Source of the DNA: Nitrospirota bacterium
GTDB taxonomy: Bacteria; Nitrospirota; Thermodesulfovibrionia; Thermodesulfovibrionales; UBA9159
Reading direction: 5' to 3'
NCBI GenBank assembly: GCA_037442785.1
Contig: JBBIPQ010000003.1
Location: forward strand, 1 to 42,681
DNA length: 42,681 nucleotides
Shown: positions 27,885 to 37,774 of the stretch, in pieces
Layout: each line of letters starts with the position of its first letter
How positions within the stretch are numbered: the first letter of the stretch is position 1
Translations under genes and position numbers: made by a program
The notes under the pieces: model-generated
The model's input: the letters and a program-made list of their open reading frames with translations, nothing else
What the model was told of the DNA's origin: nothing
Database searches by the model: none

Positions 27885-28196
27885 ATGTATGCGATAATAG
27901 AGGCTGGTGGCAAGCAATATAAGGTGTCTGAAGGGGATGTTATTACAGTTGATGTCCCTATGGAGGCCGGGCATGAGGTAAGAATTGATAAGGTTCTTGC
28001 GATGATGGGTGAATCAAAGACAGAACTGGGTAAACCATACATAGAGGGGGCTGAGGTAACCGCCGAGGTGATCGAAACCGGTAAATCAAAGAAGGTCCTG
28101 ATCTTCAAACAGAGGCCAAGGAAGGGACATAGAAAACTTAGAGGTCACAGACAGCCTTATTCAAGGCTCAAGATTAAGGAGATAAAAATACAATAG
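27885..28196 (+). CDS. rplU: 50S ribosomal protein L21
   Basis: [18 protein letters not shown]... is the canonical L21 N-terminus. GGAGGTGG RBS upstream. Confidence 0.96.
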   Translation: MYAIIEAGGKQYKVSEGDVITVDVPMEAGHEVRIDKVLAMMGESKTELGKPYIEGAEVTAEVIETGKSKKVLIFKQRPRKGHRKLRGHRQPYSRLKIKEIKIQ

Positions 28197-28212
28197 AACT
28201 TGAGGAGGATAT

Positions 28213-28482
28213 ATGGCACATAAAAAGGGAGTTGGTAGTTCTCGGAATGGAAGAGACAGTGAATCTAAGAGACTGGGGGTTAAGAGATTTGGCAACGAGT
28301 TTGTCCGGGCTGGCAATATCATAGTTAGACAGAGGGGCACCCAGTTTTACCCTGGTCTGAATGTTGGAATGGGAAGGGATTACACTATATTTGCAAAGAT
28401 TGATGGGTTTGTCTCTTTTGAGAGAAAGGGGCGTAGTGGTGTAAAGGTGAGCGTGTATCCCAAAACCCTTGTTGAACAGTAG
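28213..28482 (+). CDS. rpmA: 50S ribosomal protein L27
   Basis: [24 protein letters not shown] is the canonical L27 N-terminus. Confidence 0.96.
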   Translation: MAHKKGVGSSRNGRDSESKRLGVKRFGNEFVRAGNIIVRQRGTQFYPGLNVGMGRDYTIFAKIDGFVSFERKGRSGVKVSVYPKTLVEQ

Positions 28483-28524
28483 AGAAGCTTTCGACTATTG
28501 CTCAGATAGATAAATTAGATAAAT

Positions 28525-28555
28525 AAAAGGCGGTTAAGACCGCCTTTTATTTTTT
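28525..28555 (+). terminator. Rho-independent terminator after rpmA
   Basis: Stem AAAAGGCGGT (28525-28534) / ACCGCCTTTT (28539-28548), loop TAAG, followed by the T-tract TTTTATTTTTT. Confidence 0.8.
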
Positions 28556-28571
28556 GGAAGGTAAAGGGTTT

Positions 28572-29567
28572 ATGCAATTTGTGGATTATGTAAAGATATA
28601 TGTGAAGGCGGGTAATGGTGGAAGGGGATGTGTGAGTTTCAGGCGGGAAAAGTATGTTCCCAGGGGAGGGCCTGATGGAGGTGATGGTGGAAGGGGAGGT
28701 CATGTAATAATTAAGGCAACATCCCAGCTAAATACGCTTCTGGATCAGAAGTACCATTATGAGTACAGGGCAGAGAAGGGCGAACATGGAAAGGGCAAGA
28801 ATATGCACGGAAGGGATGGAAGGGACCTTATAATCCCTGTGCCTATTGGTACTATTGTGAGGGATGAGAAAACAGGCGATGTCTTAGCTGACCTTGATCA
28901 GGAGGGGAAGGAAGTCCTTGTTGCGAGGGGTGGAAGGGGAGGTCTCGGTAATGCCCATTTTGTAACCCCAACAAGACAGGCGCCACGCTATGCCCAGCCT
29001 GGAGAGGAGGGAGAGGAAAGGCATCTGATACTGGAGCTGAAGCTCCTTGCTGATGTTGGATTGATAGGTCTGCCTAATGCTGGAAAGTCAACATTAATAT
29101 CGGTAATATCCTCGGCAAGACCAAAGATTGCGGACTATCCCTTCACGACCCTTGTCCCAAATCTTGGGGTTGTCAAGATAGAGGGCATGAGGAGCTTTGT
29201 TGTTGCGGATATTCCAGGCCTTATTGAGGGTGCCCACAGGGGGGCCGGCCTTGGTTTTCAATTCTTGAGGCATGTGGAGAGGACAAACCTCTTGCTACAT
29301 CTTATCGATGTCTCTATAAATTCCACGGGTGATCCTGTGGAAAACTATGAGAAGATCAATAATGAGCTTTCCCGTTACAGCGAGGATCTGCTAAGGAAAC
29401 CCCAAATCGTGGTCGCAACGAAGATAGATATAGTTGATGAGAAAAAGATTGACAGGTTGATGGATTATTGTAAAAATTATACCATTGAATTCTATGCAAT
29501 ATCTTCTGTTACGGGAAAGGGCATTAAGGAACTGATAACATCTGTTGCAAAGAGGATAGGGTCTTGA
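28572..29567 (+). CDS. obg: GTPase Obg/CgtA
   Basis: [43 protein letters not shown], with G1 [10 protein letters not shown]3 DIPGLIEGA and G4 ATKID. I chose the ATG at 28572 because the upstream TTG at 28554 lies inside the terminator T-tract. Confidence 0.95.
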   Translation: MQFVDYVKIYVKAGNGGRGCVSFRREKYVPRGGPDGGDGGRGGHVIIKATSQLNTLLDQKYHYEYRAEKGEHGKGKNMHGRDGRDLIIPVPIGTIVRDEKTGDVLADLDQEGKEVLVARGGRGGLGNAHFVTPTRQAPRYAQPGEEGEERHLILELKLLADVGLIGLPNAGKSTLISVISSARPKIADYPFTTLVPNLGVVKIEGMRSFVVADIPGLIEGAHRGAGLGFQFLRHVERTNLLLHLIDVSINSTGDPVENYEKINNELSRYSEDLLRKPQIVVATKIDIVDEKKIDRLMDYCKNYTIEFYAISSVTGKGIKELITSVAKRIGS

Positions 29568-30664
29568 AAGGAAGGGTAGTTATCAAGATTGGGAGTAACA
29601 TACTCACCTCATCAGGGGATGGACTTGATCTGGAAAGGATAAGGTCCTTAGCTGATGATATATCAGCCCTTCATGATGAGGGTTATGACCCTGTGGTTGT
29701 ATCGTCCGGTGCAATCGCATCGGGTATGAAGAACCTTGGTTTGAAGAGAAAACCTCAAGATATAGTCCTCAAACAGGCTGCTGCAGCAGTAGGACAGAGT
29801 AGCCTAATGTGGGCCTACGAGAAATGCTTTAGTATCCATGGGAAAAAGGTGGCACAGATACTGTTGACAAGAGAAGACCTGTCAGACAGAAAAAGGTATA
29901 TAAACTCAAGGAATACCCTGAATACCCTTATATCCTTCAGGATCATACCCATAATAAACGAGAATGACACCGTTGCCCCTGATGAGATCAGATTTGGTGA
30001 TAATGACCATCTTGCCTCACTCGTGGCTACCCTTATTGAGGCTGAGAGGTTTGTAATACTTTCCGATGTGGATGGTCTGTTCACAGGGGATCCGAGGAAA
30101 GACCCGAATGCGACCTTAATCGATAGGGTCTGGGAGATCACCCCTGAAATAGAAGGTATGGCAGGAGGGTCAGTAACTGCGGTTGGTACAGGGGGGATGT
30201 ATTCAAAGATCCTCGCCGCAAAGAGGGCGATGAATAGCGGAATCCCCGTTAATATAGTAAATGGAAGGAAAAAGGGGATACTTAAAGCCATCCTGAAGGG
30301 TGAACGGTTTGGCACAGAATTTATTGCCAGGGAGGTAAAACCTTCCCAAAAGAAGAGATGGATAGCCCATGGAGTGCGGCCAAAGGGTTTTCTTAGCCTT
30401 GACAATGGCGCTGTTGAGGCAATAGTAAAGAGGGGTAAGAGTCTCCTTCCATCAGGGATTGTGGATGTCTCAGGACACTTTGATACTGGTGATGCTGTTT
30501 ACTGCCTTGACACATCAGGAAACAGGATTGCTAAGGGGCTCGTGAATTATTCTTCTGAGGAGATCCTCAGGATTAAAGGCAGGAATACAAGGGAGATAGA
30601 CAGTATCCTGGGCTATAAGTATTCAGACGAGGTGATTCACAGGGATAACCTTGCCATACTTTAA
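29564..30664 (+). CDS. proB: Glutamate 5-kinase (with C-terminal PUA domain)
   Basis: [29 protein letters not shown] and [12 protein letters not shown], plus a C-terminal PUA-like region ([18 protein letters not shown]). Confidence 0.93.
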   Translation: MKGRVVIKIGSNILTSSGDGLDLERIRSLADDISALHDEGYDPVVVSSGAIASGMKNLGLKRKPQDIVLKQAAAAVGQSSLMWAYEKCFSIHGKKVAQILLTREDLSDRKRYINSRNTLNTLISFRIIPIINENDTVAPDEIRFGDNDHLASLVATLIEAERFVILSDVDGLFTGDPRKDPNATLIDRVWEITPEIEGMAGGSVTAVGTGGMYSKILAAKRAMNSGIPVNIVNGRKKGILKAILKGERFGTEFIAREVKPSQKKRWIAHGVRPKGFLSLDNGAVEAIVKRGKSLLPSGIVDVSGHFDTGDAVYCLDTSGNRIAKGLVNYSSEEILRIKGRNTREIDSILGYKYSDEVIHRDNLAIL

Positions 30665-31429
30665 GTGAAGAAACAACGGCTTGATAGATTGCTCCTTGAG
30701 AGGGGTCTTGTGGATAGCAGAGAAAAGGCAAAGGCACTCATCATGGAAGAAAAGGTTCTGGTTGGTGGCATGCCCATTACAAAGGCCGGGGCTATGGTAT
30801 CTGTTGATGCGGATATTACCCTGAAGGAGGAGATACCCTATGTCAGCAGAGGCGGGCTAAAACTTGAGGCTGCATTAGACTACTTTGGCATAAAACTGAA
30901 TGGGCTGGTTGCTATGGATATAGGTACATCAACAGGTGGATTTGCTGATTGTATGTTGAAGAGAGGTATAAAAAAGGTTTATTGTATAGATGTTGGTTAT
31001 GGTCAGATCGCATGGCGGTTAAGGGAAGACCCAAGGATTATCCTTCTTGAAAGGACTAACATCAGATACCTTGAAAGGGAGAGGATACCAGAGGCGGTTG
31101 ATTTTATAACCATTGATGTATCATTTATATCCTTGAAAAAGGTAATACCAAGGGCTGTGGATTTCCTTAAAGAGGGCGGTCAGATACTTGCCCTCATCAA
31201 ACCGCAGTTTGAGGTTGGAAGGGGAGAGGTTGGAAAGGGAGGAATTGTGAAGGATGAGAGGAAGAGGTTAATGGCAGTAGAGGGGATAAAGGGCTTTGCT
31301 GAGGATATGGGTTTAACCGTCGTAGGGATATTCCAATCTCCCATTAAAGGGTCAAGGAGAAATATCGAATATTTTATATATATGAAGAATTCGGGAAACT
31401 GGCTCTTGGCTAATGATAAAAGAGGTTAA
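30665..31429 (+). CDS. tlyA: TlyA family rRNA (cytidine-2'-O)-methyltransferase
   Basis: S4-like N-terminus (RLDRLLLERGLVDSREKAKALI) followed by an FtsJ-type SAM-binding motif (DIGTSTGGFADCML, DVSFISL). GTG start directly after the proB stop. Confidence 0.9.
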   Translation: MKKQRLDRLLLERGLVDSREKAKALIMEEKVLVGGMPITKAGAMVSVDADITLKEEIPYVSRGGLKLEAALDYFGIKLNGLVAMDIGTSTGGFADCMLKRGIKKVYCIDVGYGQIAWRLREDPRIILLERTNIRYLERERIPEAVDFITIDVSFISLKKVIPRAVDFLKEGGQILALIKPQFEVGRGEVGKGGIVKDERKRLMAVEGIKGFAEDMGLTVVGIFQSPIKGSRRNIEYFIYMKNSGNWLLANDKRG

Positions 31430-32104
31430 ATGGAAGAGACAAGATTAATAGGACTCGATCTATCCGTAGCATCACCTGAGGTTATAGAGATACTCCTTGA
31501 GTTTTCTCGTGAGCCAGAGGTCTTCAGGGAGGTCTTTAATGCCAACAGGAATAGACCAGAGATACTTAGCCTCATAATACAACAGGAGACTACACCCCCT
31601 GATGTCAGAGAGGAGATCAAAGGGATACTGAGTTTACCATTAAAGCCTGTAGAGAGAGGGCCTAAGCAACCCTTCAGTACTGAGGCAAGGAAAGAAACCC
31701 TCTTACAGAGGATACAGTATCTTACTGTTGGTGAAAAGATTGCCCTTGCCCTCAGGGGGGGACAGGAGATAAGGTCACTGCTTCTGAAGGACCCTAATAA
31801 GGAGGTGGTTCTTGCGGTGCTCAAGAATCCCAAGATGACGGAAACAGAGGTTGAGGGGCTTGCCCATTCGAGGAATGCCCCTGAAGAGGCCCTCAGGGCG
31901 ATATCCAGGAATAGGGAATGGACTAAGAACTATAATATCGTACTTGCCCTTGTGAATAACCCTAAGACACCTCCGGGTCTGAGTGTGCCATTTGTAACAA
32001 GTCTGAGGACAAAGGACCTGGTGATACTCGAGAAGAATAAGAATGTCCCTGATGCGGTGAGGGCTGCTGCAAGGAGATTGGTTCAGGCAAGGAAGGTTTC
32101 ATGA
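31430..32104 (+). CDS. Alpha-helical repeat protein (LRV/HEAT-like repeats), function unknown
   Basis: 224 aa with recurring units: VVLAVLKNPKMTETEV, ALRAISRNREW, IVLALVNNPKTPPGL and an N-terminal VFNANRNRPEIL. No catalytic motif. Packed with no gap after tlyA and overlaps the next gene by 4 nt. Confidence 0.6.
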   Translation: MEETRLIGLDLSVASPEVIEILLEFSREPEVFREVFNANRNRPEILSLIIQQETTPPDVREEIKGILSLPLKPVERGPKQPFSTEARKETLLQRIQYLTVGEKIALALRGGQEIRSLLLKDPNKEVVLAVLKNPKMTETEVEGLAHSRNAPEEALRAISRNREWTKNYNIVLALVNNPKTPPGLSVPFVTSLRTKDLVILEKNKNVPDAVRAAARRLVQARKVS

Positions 32105-33231
32105 TCGAGGAGAGATTTATAAATAAACAGACCTGGGACAAGGTGCTTAATTTTATTGCTCTCAGTGACGAGCCTTCTCCCTATCTCCTCATTGACAGGG
32201 ATGTGGTGAGGGAAAAGATCGATTTGATCGGTAAGAATATAAGGAATTCGAGGGTTTTTTATGCTGTTAAGGCCAATCCTGACAGGGAGGTGCTTTCTTA
32301 TCTGAACAGCCTTGGTATTGGGTTTGAGATAGCCTCTGAAGGAGAGTTGAGGATACTTTCTGATCTGGGTGTTGAACCAGATAGGATAATAACCAGCAAC
32401 CCTGTTAAGACCCTGGTCTTTCTTGAACAGGCTGTTTCATACGGGATTGATTACTATGCCTTTGACTCCATCGCAGAGGTGGATAAGCTTTCCCGTTATG
32501 CCCCTAACAGGAATGTATATGTGAGATTAACTGTGCCTAATGAGGGGAGTGAGTGGCCCCTGAGTAAAAAGTTTGGGGTAGAGCTTGAGGATGCCCTGGG
32601 TCTTCTCATTTATGCAAAGGAAAAAGGGCTGAATCCCGTTGGAATAACCTTCCATGTGGGTTCCCAGTGCAACAATGCCTATAACTGGAATACAGCCATA
32701 GAAAAGGCAAGGGACCTCTGGGAGATGGCAGCGGACAAGGGTATCAGCCTTTCCATGATCAATCTGGGTGGGGGTTATCCAATAAGGTATACAAGGGATG
32801 TTTTGAGTATTGAATATATAGAGAAAAAGATAAACAGGCTTATCTCAGAGAAGTTCCCTTCTGATCTCACCGTGTTTATCGAACCTGGAAGGGCTGTTAT
32901 AGGTGATGCTGGTGTGTTTGTTACCTCTGTAATAGGGAAATCCCGAAGGGGTGATGAGAACTGGCTATATATAGACGTTGGTGTTTTTAATGGGTTGATG
33001 GAGAGTGTGGGTGGGATTAAGTATTCCTATGTTGTAGGTAGCAGAAACGAACCTAAACCATGGACTATCGCAGGGCCGAGTTGTGACAGCTTTGATGTGA
33101 TTGATAAGGAGGTCATTCTTCCTGAACCAGAGGTTGGTAATCGCTTGCTCATCCTGTCTGCCGGGGCATATACCATCTCTTATGCTTCAGAGTTTAATGG
33201 TTTTTCGATACCAAAGACTATATTGATATGA
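32101..33231 (+). CDS. Group IV (alanine-racemase fold) PLP-dependent decarboxylase, ornithine/lysine/arginine decarboxylase-like
   Basis: PLP-lysine context FYAVKANPD, plus FEIASEGEL, HVGSQ, GGGYP and CDSFD. Lies directly upstream of speE, which suggests putrescine supply. Substrate not determinable from sequence alone. Confidence 0.8.
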   Translation: MIEERFINKQTWDKVLNFIALSDEPSPYLLIDRDVVREKIDLIGKNIRNSRVFYAVKANPDREVLSYLNSLGIGFEIASEGELRILSDLGVEPDRIITSNPVKTLVFLEQAVSYGIDYYAFDSIAEVDKLSRYAPNRNVYVRLTVPNEGSEWPLSKKFGVELEDALGLLIYAKEKGLNPVGITFHVGSQCNNAYNWNTAIEKARDLWEMAADKGISLSMINLGGGYPIRYTRDVLSIEYIEKKINRLISEKFPSDLTVFIEPGRAVIGDAGVFVTSVIGKSRRGDENWLYIDVGVFNGLMESVGGIKYSYVVGSRNEPKPWTIAGPSCDSFDVIDKEVILPEPEVGNRLLILSAGAYTISYASEFNGFSIPKTILI

Positions 33232-33233
33232 GC

Positions 33234-33268
33234 GGGTCCCCAAAGAGTCAAAGACCTTTTGGGGTGCC
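33234..33268 (+). repeat. Palindromic repeat element, copy 3 (intergenic between the decarboxylase gene and speE)
   Basis: GGGTCCCCAAAGAGTCAAAGACCTTTTGGGGTGCC. It shares the GGGTCCCCAAA...TTTTGGGGTGCC ends with copies 1 and 2. It starts 3 nt after the TGA stop and ends 2 nt before the AAAGGAGG RBS of speE. Confidence 0.8.
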
Positions 33269-33283
33269 TGAAAGGAGGATCCT

Positions 33284-34120
33284 ATGATAAAGTTTTTTGA
33301 GAAAGACCCCTATGCGCCGATTCAATATGTGTATGATATTGAAAAGGTGCTCTATAAAGGGAAGAGCAAGTTTCAGGAAATCATGGTTGTGGAAAATCCC
33401 TATTTCGGGAAGATGCTTATACTTGATGGAGTTGTACAGATAACAGAGAGGGACGAGTTCTTTTACCATGAGATGCTCGTTCATGTCCTTATGCATGCCC
33501 ATCCTAACCCAGAGAATATTGTGGTTATAGGAGGCGGAGATGGAGGAGCTGTCAGGGAGGTGCTGAAGCATGACAGTGTTAAGAAGGTCTTCTTTATAGA
33601 GATAGATGAAGAGGTTATAAATGTTTCTAAGGAATTCTTTCCTACGGTCTCAGGCAGTATCAATGACAGCCGTGTAGAGATAATGTGCATGGATGGTGCG
33701 GAATTCGTTAAAAACCGGGATAAGGATATAGATGTCATAATCGTTGATTCCACTGACATCGTTGGCTTTGCAAAGAGCCTCTTTACTGTTGAGTTTTTTA
33801 AGTCAGTGAGGGACTGCCTCACAGATGAAGGCATGTTCGTGACGCTTTCAGAGTCACTCCATTTCCATAAGGACCTTGTTATTGAGGTTCAGGAGGCGAT
33901 GAGGCTCATATTTCCTGTGGTTGATCTTTACACTGCACCCCTTGCCACCTATGCCGGGAACTGGTGGACCTTTTCTGTTGCATCCAAGAGGCATGATCCC
34001 AGGATTATGAGGAGAAAGTTCCAGATCGATACAAGATACTATAGTGACGAGATCCACGCTCAGGCCTTTCTACCTAAGGGATTCTATGACAGGCTCATGG
34101 CAAGGGGGCTTAAATGGTAG
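33284..34120 (+). CDS. speE: Spermidine synthase (polyamine aminopropyltransferase)
   Basis: 278 aa with YHEMLVH, the SAM-binding GGGDGGAVREVLKH, EIDEEV and IIVDSTD. Confidence 0.93.
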   Translation: MIKFFEKDPYAPIQYVYDIEKVLYKGKSKFQEIMVVENPYFGKMLILDGVVQITERDEFFYHEMLVHVLMHAHPNPENIVVIGGGDGGAVREVLKHDSVKKVFFIEIDEEVINVSKEFFPTVSGSINDSRVEIMCMDGAEFVKNRDKDIDVIIVDSTDIVGFAKSLFTVEFFKSVRDCLTDEGMFVTLSESLHFHKDLVIEVQEAMRLIFPVVDLYTAPLATYAGNWWTFSVASKRHDPRIMRRKFQIDTRYYSDEIHAQAFLPKGFYDRLMARGLKW

Positions 34121-34124
34121 TTTC

Positions 34125-34154
34125 TTGACAGGGATATTTATTAATTGTTAAATT
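34125..34154 (+). promoter_or_regulatory. Sigma-70-type promoter of the hrcA-grpE-dnaK-dnaJ operon
   Basis: Perfect -35 TTGACA at 34125-34130. A -10-like TAAATT at 34149-34154 (18-bp spacer) lies immediately upstream of CIRCE. Confidence 0.6.
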
Positions 34155-34155
34155 A

Positions 34156-34182
34156 TTAGCACTCAGACTCTTTGAGTGCTAA
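34156..34182 (+). promoter_or_regulatory. CIRCE operator (HrcA binding site)
   Basis: TTAGCACTC-agactcttt-GAGTGCTAA is a perfect match to the CIRCE consensus TTAGCACTC-N9-GAGTGCTAA. It lies directly upstream of hrcA. Confidence 0.95.
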
Positions 34183-34189
34183 TCAGGAC

Positions 34190-35230
34190 ATGAAAAGGGA
34201 TATGCTTGAGGATAGGGTCTTCAGGGTATTGTGGGCTGTGGTGGACAGCTACATATCTAATCCTGATCCAGTTGGATCAAGGTACATAACGAGGAAGTAC
34301 GGCTTTAATCTTTCTCCAGCCACGATACGGAACATCATGGCTGACCTGGAGGAGATGGGTTATCTGATGCAGCCCCATACCTCTGCTGGTCGGGTACCCA
34401 CTGAGAAGGGGTACAGGTTTTATGTTGATTCAATGGAGTCACTTAAGTCAGAATGGGCTGAAGACAGTCTTCTAAAAGACCTGAGAAAGAGGCTTGAGTA
34501 TATAAAGGATGATATAAATGAGCTTCTAAATGAGACAACAAGGACCATATCAGAGGTTACCCACTACCTCGGCATTGCGGTTCCACCTAAGCCTGACAGG
34601 TCCATATTCAAGAAGATTAACCTTTATAAATATAGGGGTAACAGGATTGCTGCTGTCCTAATAACCGAGGAGGGCATAATAAAGAATCGAATAATAGAGC
34701 TTGACCCTGACATTAGTGACAGGGATCTTAAGAGGTTATCAGACTACCTGAACAGCAGATTTTCCGGTTACACCATAGATGAGATAAGAAAGATATTACT
34801 GAAAGAGATGGATAGTGATAGGGCTACATTCGACAGACTGATATCAAGGGCCATGAAGATATGTGAGGAGGTGATGCATTCAGGACCAAATACTGTATTT
34901 ATATCCGGGCTGTCAGAGGTCCTTGAACTGCCTGATTTCTCGGACATTGAAAGGATAAGGGCAATAATGAAGACGATTGAAGACAAGCACATGATAATAA
35001 AGCTTCTTGATATGCTTTCCGAGAATGATGGGATAAAGGTAGTTATAGGTTCTGAAAACCCTGTCACGGGTAAGATGCGTCTAAGTGTTATCACATCCCC
35101 GTACAGGGAAGGAGACAGACAGGTCGGAACCATAGGCATTATTGGTCCTACAAGGATGGATTATGTTCGGGCTATGGCTATTGTTGATGCCACAGCCCGA
35201 TACATCTCTGAAAGATTATCTGAAAAATAG
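34190..35230 (+). CDS. hrcA: Heat-inducible transcription repressor HrcA
   Basis: LEDRVFRVLWAVVDSYISNPDPVGSRYI... and ATIRNIMADLEEMGYLMQPHTSAGRVPTEKGYRFYVD. The start is the ATG at 34190 (or 34202). The track's TTG at 34172 lies inside CIRCE. Confidence 0.93.
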   Translation: MKRDMLEDRVFRVLWAVVDSYISNPDPVGSRYITRKYGFNLSPATIRNIMADLEEMGYLMQPHTSAGRVPTEKGYRFYVDSMESLKSEWAEDSLLKDLRKRLEYIKDDINELLNETTRTISEVTHYLGIAVPPKPDRSIFKKINLYKYRGNRIAAVLITEEGIIKNRIIELDPDISDRDLKRLSDYLNSRFSGYTIDEIRKILLKEMDSDRATFDRLISRAMKICEEVMHSGPNTVFISGLSEVLELPDFSDIERIRAIMKTIEDKHMIIKLLDMLSENDGIKVVIGSENPVTGKMRLSVITSPYREGDRQVGTIGIIGPTRMDYVRAMAIVDATARYISERLSEK

Positions 35231-35248
35231 GAGTCAGGAGGGATTGAG

Positions 35249-35863
35249 GTGGAAGAGAAAGAGGTTATAGAGAAGAAGGAAGGGGAGGTCCTGGAGGTTG
35301 AAAAAAAAGAGGAGGGGATTGAAGAAAAACCCTCTATTGAAGAGGAACTCTCGGAATTGAAGGAGAAATACGTGAGGCTTTACGCAGAGTTCGAAAATTA
35401 TAAGAAGAGGGTACAGCGGGAAAAGGAGGAACTCATTAAGTATGGTAATGAGGCCCTTCTCTATGAACTCCTGAATGTCCTTGATAACCTTGAGATGGCC
35501 TTGAAGCATTCTGGTGAGAATGTCTCAGAGGGGCTTGTGAAGGGTGTTGAGATGACCCTGAGGGAATTCCAGAGGATAACAGAGAAATTTGGTCTTGTCC
35601 CTATTGAGGCTATGGGCAAACCCTTTGATCCATCGCTGCATCATGCCATGTCACAAGTCGAAAGAGACGATGTGGATGATAAGACCGTTGTAGAGGAGTT
35701 CAGAAAGGGGTATATGTATGGTGATAAGGTCTTGAGGGCATCTCTGGTTGCTGTATCAAAGAAGAAAGAAGTCCAGAGGGACACAGAATCACAGGAATTT
35801 TTAACTCCGCAGCAGACTGCAGAGGCAGATGAAATAAATTCGGATACCAGGAAGGAGGATTAA
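35249..35863 (+). CDS. grpE: Nucleotide exchange factor GrpE
   Basis: YVRLYAEFENYKKRVQREKEE, LLNVLDNLEMAL, FDPSLHHAM and GYMYGDKVLRASLV. GTG start. Confidence 0.93.
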   Translation: MEEKEVIEKKEGEVLEVEKKEEGIEEKPSIEEELSELKEKYVRLYAEFENYKKRVQREKEELIKYGNEALLYELLNVLDNLEMALKHSGENVSEGLVKGVEMTLREFQRITEKFGLVPIEAMGKPFDPSLHHAMSQVERDDVDDKTVVEEFRKGYMYGDKVLRASLVAVSKKKEVQRDTESQEFLTPQQTAEADEINSDTRKED

Positions 35864-35866
35864 ATT

Positions 35867-37774
35867 ATGGGAAAGGCTATTGGAATAGACCTTGGTACGA
35901 CTAATTCAGTTGTTGCTGTTGTTATAGGTGGCGAACCTGTTGTTATCCCTAATCAGGAGGGCAGCAGAACAACCCCATCGGTTGTTGCCTTTACAGAGAA
36001 GGGCGAGAGGCTTGTGGGTCAGATAGCAAAGAGACAGGCTATCACAAACCCTGAGAACACAATCTTCTCTATAAAAAGGCTGATGGGTAGGAAATTCAAT
36101 TCAGCTGAGGTGGAACATGCAAAGAAGAGGCTTCCCTACAAGATAGTGGAGGCACCTAATGGTGATGCCCATGTGGAGATAAGGGGGAAGAGATATTCTC
36201 CTCCCGAGATATCAGCCATGATACTCCAGAAACTCAAACAGGCTGCTGAGGATTATCTTGGTGAGCCTGTTACAGAGGCTGTCATAACCGTTCCGGCATA
36301 CTTTGATGACAGCCAGAGACAGGCTACCAAGGATGCTGGAAAGATAGCTGGTCTTAATGTCCTGAGGATCATAAATGAACCAACAGCGGCATCCCTTGCC
36401 TATGGGATGGACAAGAAGAAGGAGGAGAAGATATCTGTTTATGATCTTGGTGGAGGGACCTTTGATATATCTGTGCTTGAGATAGGAGAAGGGGTTATTG
36501 AGGTCAAATCAACTAATGGAGACACCTATCTTGGTGGCGATGACTTTGACCTCAGGATAATTGACTGGATGGTTGAGGAATTTAAGAAGGATCAAGGGAT
36601 TGATTTGAAACAAGACAGGATGGCCTTACAGAGGCTTAAGGAGGCTGCTGAGAGGGCAAAGATAGAGCTTTCAACAGCCATGGAGACAGAGATAAACCTT
36701 CCCTTTATAACGGCTGATGCGACAGGACCAAAACATCTCCTGATGAAGCTCACAAGGGCAAAGCTTGAACAGCTTACGGATGACCTTGTTCAGAAGACGA
36801 TAGGTCCCTGCAAGCTTGCCTTGAGCGATGCCAATCTCTCACCACAGGACATAGACGAGGTCATACTTGTGGGTGGCCAGACCCGTATGCCAAAGGTTCA
36901 ACAGGTTGTTCAATCATTCTTTGGTAAGGAGCCAAATAAGACAGTTAATCCTGATGAGGTTGTTGCTATAGGAGCTGCAATTCAGGCTGCTGTTCTTAAG
37001 GGAGAGGTCAAGGAGGTATTACTCCTTGATGTGACGCCTCTCTCACTCGGGATAGAGACACTGGGTGGCATATTCACAAAGATCATCGAGAGGAATACCA
37101 CCATACCCACAAAGAAGAGTCAGATATTCTCGACAGCAACGGATAACCAGCCAGCAGTGACGATTAAGGTATATCAAGGTGAAAGGGAGATGGCTGCTGA
37201 CAATAAACTCCTTGGCGTCTTTGAGCTCGTTGGGATACCACCGGCTCCAAGGGGAGTTCCCCAGATAGAGGTCACCTTTGATATAGATGCAAACGGTATA
37301 CTCCATGTCTCGGCAAAGGACCTCGGTACTGGAAAGGAACAATCCATAAGGATAACCGCCTCAAGTGGTCTTACAGAAGAAGAGATAAAGAGGATGATGC
37401 GAGAGGCTGAGGCCCATTCTGAGGAAGACAGGAAGAAGAAGCAGCTTGCAGAGGCACGAAATGAGGCGGACAATCTCGTTTACAGTGTTGAGAAATCCTT
37501 GAGGGAATATGGGGATAAACTCACTGATTCAGAGAAGAAGGATATAGAGAGTGCCCTTGAGAGATGCAAGAAGATAAAGGAGACCAGCTCAGACGTTTCA
37601 GAGATCAGATCAGCCATAGATGGCCTCATGAAGGCATCCCATAAGATAGCAGAGCATATATACAGGGCTGCCGGGGCACAGACTGGGTCTTCTGGGTCAG
37701 AGGCAGAGAAGAAGAAAGCCGAAGAAGAGGTTGTCGAGGCTGAATTCGAGGAAGTGGACAAGAAGGATAAATGA
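35867..37774 (+). CDS. dnaK: Molecular chaperone DnaK (Hsp70)
   Basis: 635 aa with [34 protein letters not shown] and full-length Hsp70 similarity. Confidence 0.98.
   Translation: MGKAIGIDLGTTNSVVAVVIGGEPVVIPNQEGSRTTPSVVAFTEKGERLVGQIAKRQAITNPENTIFSIKRLMGRKFNSAEVEHAKKRLPYKIVEAPNGDAHVEIRGKRYSPPEISAMILQKLKQAAEDYLGEPVTEAVITVPAYFDDSQRQATKDAGKIAGLNVLRIINEPTAASLAYGMDKKKEEKISVYDLGGGTFDISVLEIGEGVIEVKSTNGDTYLGGDDFDLRIIDWMVEEFKKDQGIDLKQDRMALQRLKEAAERAKIELSTAMETEINLPFITADATGPKHLLMKLTRAKLEQLTDDLVQKTIGPCKLALSDANLSPQDIDEVILVGGQTRMPKVQQVVQSFFGKEPNKTVNPDEVVAIGAAIQAAVLKGEVKEVLLLDVTPLSLGIETLGGIFTKIIERNTTIPTKKSQIFSTATDNQPAVTIKVYQGEREMAADNKLLGVFELVGIPPAPRGVPQIEVTFDIDANGILHVSAKDLGTGKEQSIRITASSGLTEEEIKRMMREAEAHSEEDRKKKQLAEARNEADNLVYSVEKSLREYGDKLTDSEKKDIESALERCKKIKETSSDVSEIRSAIDGLMKASHKIAEHIYRAAGAQTGSSGSEAEKKKAEEEVVEAEFEEVDKKDK

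Noticed and set aside
34172-34189. ORF-track start of hrcA at TTG 34172
   Set aside because: This TTG lies inside the perfect CIRCE inverted repeat (34156-34182). The downstream in-frame ATGs (34190 and 34202) give an HrcA-like N-terminus.
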